A stretch of 64,000 bases of DNA from Longimicrobiales bacterium (GTDB lineage Bacteria > Gemmatimonadota > Gemmatimonadetes > Longimicrobiales > Gaopeijiaceae): positions 1,952,001 to 2,016,000 of the forward strand of contig CBDAON010000004.1 in assembly GCA_965198065.1 (NCBI GenBank). The letters run 5' to 3'. Shown in pieces: positions 62,012-64,000 of this stretch (positions within the stretch are counted from its first letter, which is position 1; each line of letters starts with the position of its first letter). The translations under genes and the position numbers were made by a program. Under the pieces are notes generated by a model. That model was not told where the DNA came from. It did not search any database and saw only the letters and a program-made list of their open reading frames with translations.

Positions 62012-63100
62012 TCAGGTTCCTCGGCTGCCCTCGACGGCTCGCGCGGAGGCGTTCAGGCAGAACGTTCCCGGGGTGGGACGGCAGTGGCACAGCGAGAGTG
62101 GAAGGGCCGCGCCCTCACTCGGTGAGATCGTCGCCCTCCCGTCGATCACGCCCTCGACCAGATCAGCCAGCATCTCGGCGAAGCTCGGGTCGTCGTGTGG
62201 GATCGGAACGCGGTGGAAATCCAGCCCGGCGTCCTCCGCCTCCCCTTTCAGCTCCAGGTCCAGCTCCGCGAGCGTCTCGGACTGCTCGTGCATGAACGAG
62301 ACGGCGTCCACCACGATCCGCTTCGCGCGAGCTCGCTCGACCACGTCCTCGATCGCCGGCTGCGTCCACTCGATGTTCCGGCTTGTGTGGTTTTGGTATC
62401 CTAGCTCGTACCGGTCCACTCCCAGTCGCGACGCGATCTCCTCGCACAGCTCCTCCACGTAGTCCTCGTAGCGGCTTCCCTCTTCCAGGTAGCGTTTCGG
62501 CGTTCCGTGCGCGGAGAAAACCAGGAGCGTTTCGGGGTCCGCGAGGTCGAGGCCCCGCTCGGCCGCGAAGCGGCGGATCGCTGCGGCCCGGAGCCCGAGG
62601 TACGCGGGATGGCGGTGCCACCCCGTGATCCCGACGAAGGCCACGTCGCCGCGGTGGTCTCCCAGCGCCGCCTCCACATCGTTCAGGGCCGCCACCGTCG
62701 TGGTCGGCCCGCAGAGGGGATAGATGGGGAGGCCTAGGAGGCGCGTGGCGCCCTCGCTCACCGCGACCTCGACGACGTCGGCGACCAGAGGCGACGTGAA
62801 CTGGAAGGCAGAGTACACCGGGAGGGGTCGATCGCGTCGGGCCAGCGCCGCCTCGAGCGCCCGCGCCTGGCCGTCGGACTGCTCGTTCATCGGCGAAGCG
62901 CCGATGTGCTCGTATTCCTCGATCAGCCCCGGGGCTCGCCGCTCCGCGAGCTCACGACTCCGCTCGAGTCTCGCCACGGGCGTCCCGTGCTCCTCGAGCG
63001 CGGCGTTCGTGTGGAAGATTCGCTCGAGGAAGGGGATCACCTCGGCGAGGGTGGGCCGGGGTGGCTCCCCGAAGTTCAGCACGATGACCGCGTCCTTCAT
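62012..63100 (-). CDS. hemH: Ferrochelatase
   Basis: LNFGEP, LPIYP, FSAHG, WTQP, HEQSETL.ELD. Confidence 0.9.
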   Translation of the reverse strand: MKDAVIVLNFGEPPRPTLAEVIPFLERIFHTNAALEEHGTPVARLERSRELAERRAPGLIEEYEHIGASPMNEQSDGQARALEAALARRDRPLPVYSAFQFTSPLVADVVEVAVSEGATRLLGLPIYPLCGPTTTVAALNDVEAALGDHRGDVAFVGITGWHRHPAYLGLRAAAIRRFAAERGLDLADPETLLVFSAHGTPKRYLEEGSRYEDYVEELCEEIASRLGVDRYELGYQNHTSRNIEWTQPAIEDVVERARAKRIVVDAVSFMHEQSETLAELDLELKGEAEDAGLDFHRVPIPHDDPSFAEMLADLVEGVIDGRATISPSEGAALPLSLCHCRPTPGTFCLNASARAVEGSRGT

Positions 63101-64000
63101 GGCCTCTTCGGTCCGCTCGCGGGCTCGGGGGAGCGCCTGTCTCCTTCCCTCAGGGCCGCGAGATCCACGGAGTGCACATGCTCGACGACGGCTCGAACGA
63201 CGTCGGGATCCGTTTCCGGAAGAATCCCATGACCCACGTTGAAGATGTGTCCCGGACGCCCGCTGACCCGCTCGACGATCTCGTGTGCCCGGGCGACGGC
63301 GACCTCCTTACCCGCCAGCAGAGACACCGGGTCCAGGTTCCCCTGGATCGCGCGATCGTATCCGATCGTCTTCCACGCCTCGTCGATCGCCACGCGCCAG
63401 TCCACGCTGATCGCGTCGCCTCCTCCGAGCGCCAAGAGAGGGATCAGAGCGGGGTTCCCCGTGGCGAAGTTGATGGAGGGGACGGCGGAGTCGGCCAGCC
63501 CTCCGAGGACCCGGGTGGTATAGGGCAGCACGTAGCGCCCGTAGTCTTCGGGTGCGAGACACCCCGCCCACGAGTCGAATACCTGGATGGCCGCCGCCCC
63601 GGCTTCGGCCTGGGCTCTGGCGAAGGCGAGCACGTGCTCGGACCAGTACGACATGAGCTCGTCCCAGAGCTCGGGCTCGCTCCACATGAAGGCCTTCGTG
63701 CCCTGCCGCTCCCGAGAGCGGGGGGACTCGACGAAGTACGTCATGAGCGTGAAGGGAGCTCCCACGAACCCGACCACGGGAACTACCAGCCGCTCGGTCA
63801 GGATGCGTAGCGTTTCCAGGACGAAGTCGAGCGACTCGCGTGGGTCGAAGGGCGCGAGCGAGCGAATCCGCTCTGCGGTGTCGAACGGCTGGGGGAGAAG
63901 CGGGCCGAGCCCCTTGTGGATCGTGACCTCGAGGCCGGCCCCGATGAAGATCGTCGAGATGTCAGCGAAGAGGACGGCCGCGTCGACCGGAAAGTACTCG
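63097..64000 (-). CDS. hemE: Uroporphyrinogen decarboxylase (5'-partial)
   Basis: DAAVLFADI, GFVGAPFTL, QVFDSW, IQGNLDP, HIFNVGHGI. Confidence 0.95.
   Translation of the reverse strand, partial: EYFPVDAAVLFADISTIFIGAGLEVTIHKGLGPLLPQPFDTAERIRSLAPFDPRESLDFVLETLRILTERLVVPVVGFVGAPFTLMTYFVESPRSRERQGTKAFMWSEPELWDELMSYWSEHVLAFARAQAEAGAAAIQVFDSWAGCLAPEDYGRYVLPYTTRVLGGLADSAVPSINFATGNPALIPLLALGGGDAISVDWRVAIDEAWKTIGYDRAIQGNLDPVSLLAGKEVAVARAHEIVERVSGRPGHIFNVGHGILPETDPDVVRAVVEHVHSVDLAALREGDRRSPEPASGPKRP

Noticed and set aside
1..64000. CRISPR arrays, tRNA/rRNA genes, transposases, integrases, prophage genes
   Set aside because: None recognised in the sequence or the ORF track.

Overview
High-GC bacterial chromosome segment. 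The gene set and the lineage-style hypothetical proteins suggest Gemmatimonadota, but this is inference. About 60 genes: a SAM-II-riboswitch-led methionine operon (metH, a yitJ-like HMT-MTHFR fusion and an extra divergent MTHFR-like gene); intact ppsR beside an internally deleted ppsA remnant; a CstA / CC-terminal small protein / ArsA-Get3 ATPase operon; nadQ-nadA-nadB with a NadQ box; a YncD/PqqU-like TonB receptor with a YncE-like propeller; typA; a lipid A/LPS cluster headed by a PorX-like REC-PglZ regulator; fatty-acyl-CoA enzymes; rpsU, ssb, recF-dciA-gyrB; a decaying accessory block (arsR-arsM, padR, dinB-like, DDAH, broken REC-GGDEF-EAL); P5C dehydrogenase, peptidases, hemH and a partial hemE. 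The best novelty candidates are (1) a 278-bp TA-flanked, inverted-repeat-bounded, Y-folding element (25938-26215) sitting between a promoter and the porX-like start codon, (2) a three-gene module (41777-43506) in which two paralogs of an unnamed domain flank a small RHH-like gene and a complex promoter region, and (3) the CstA-CC*-ArsA module. All family calls come from motif recognition by eye; no searches were run.
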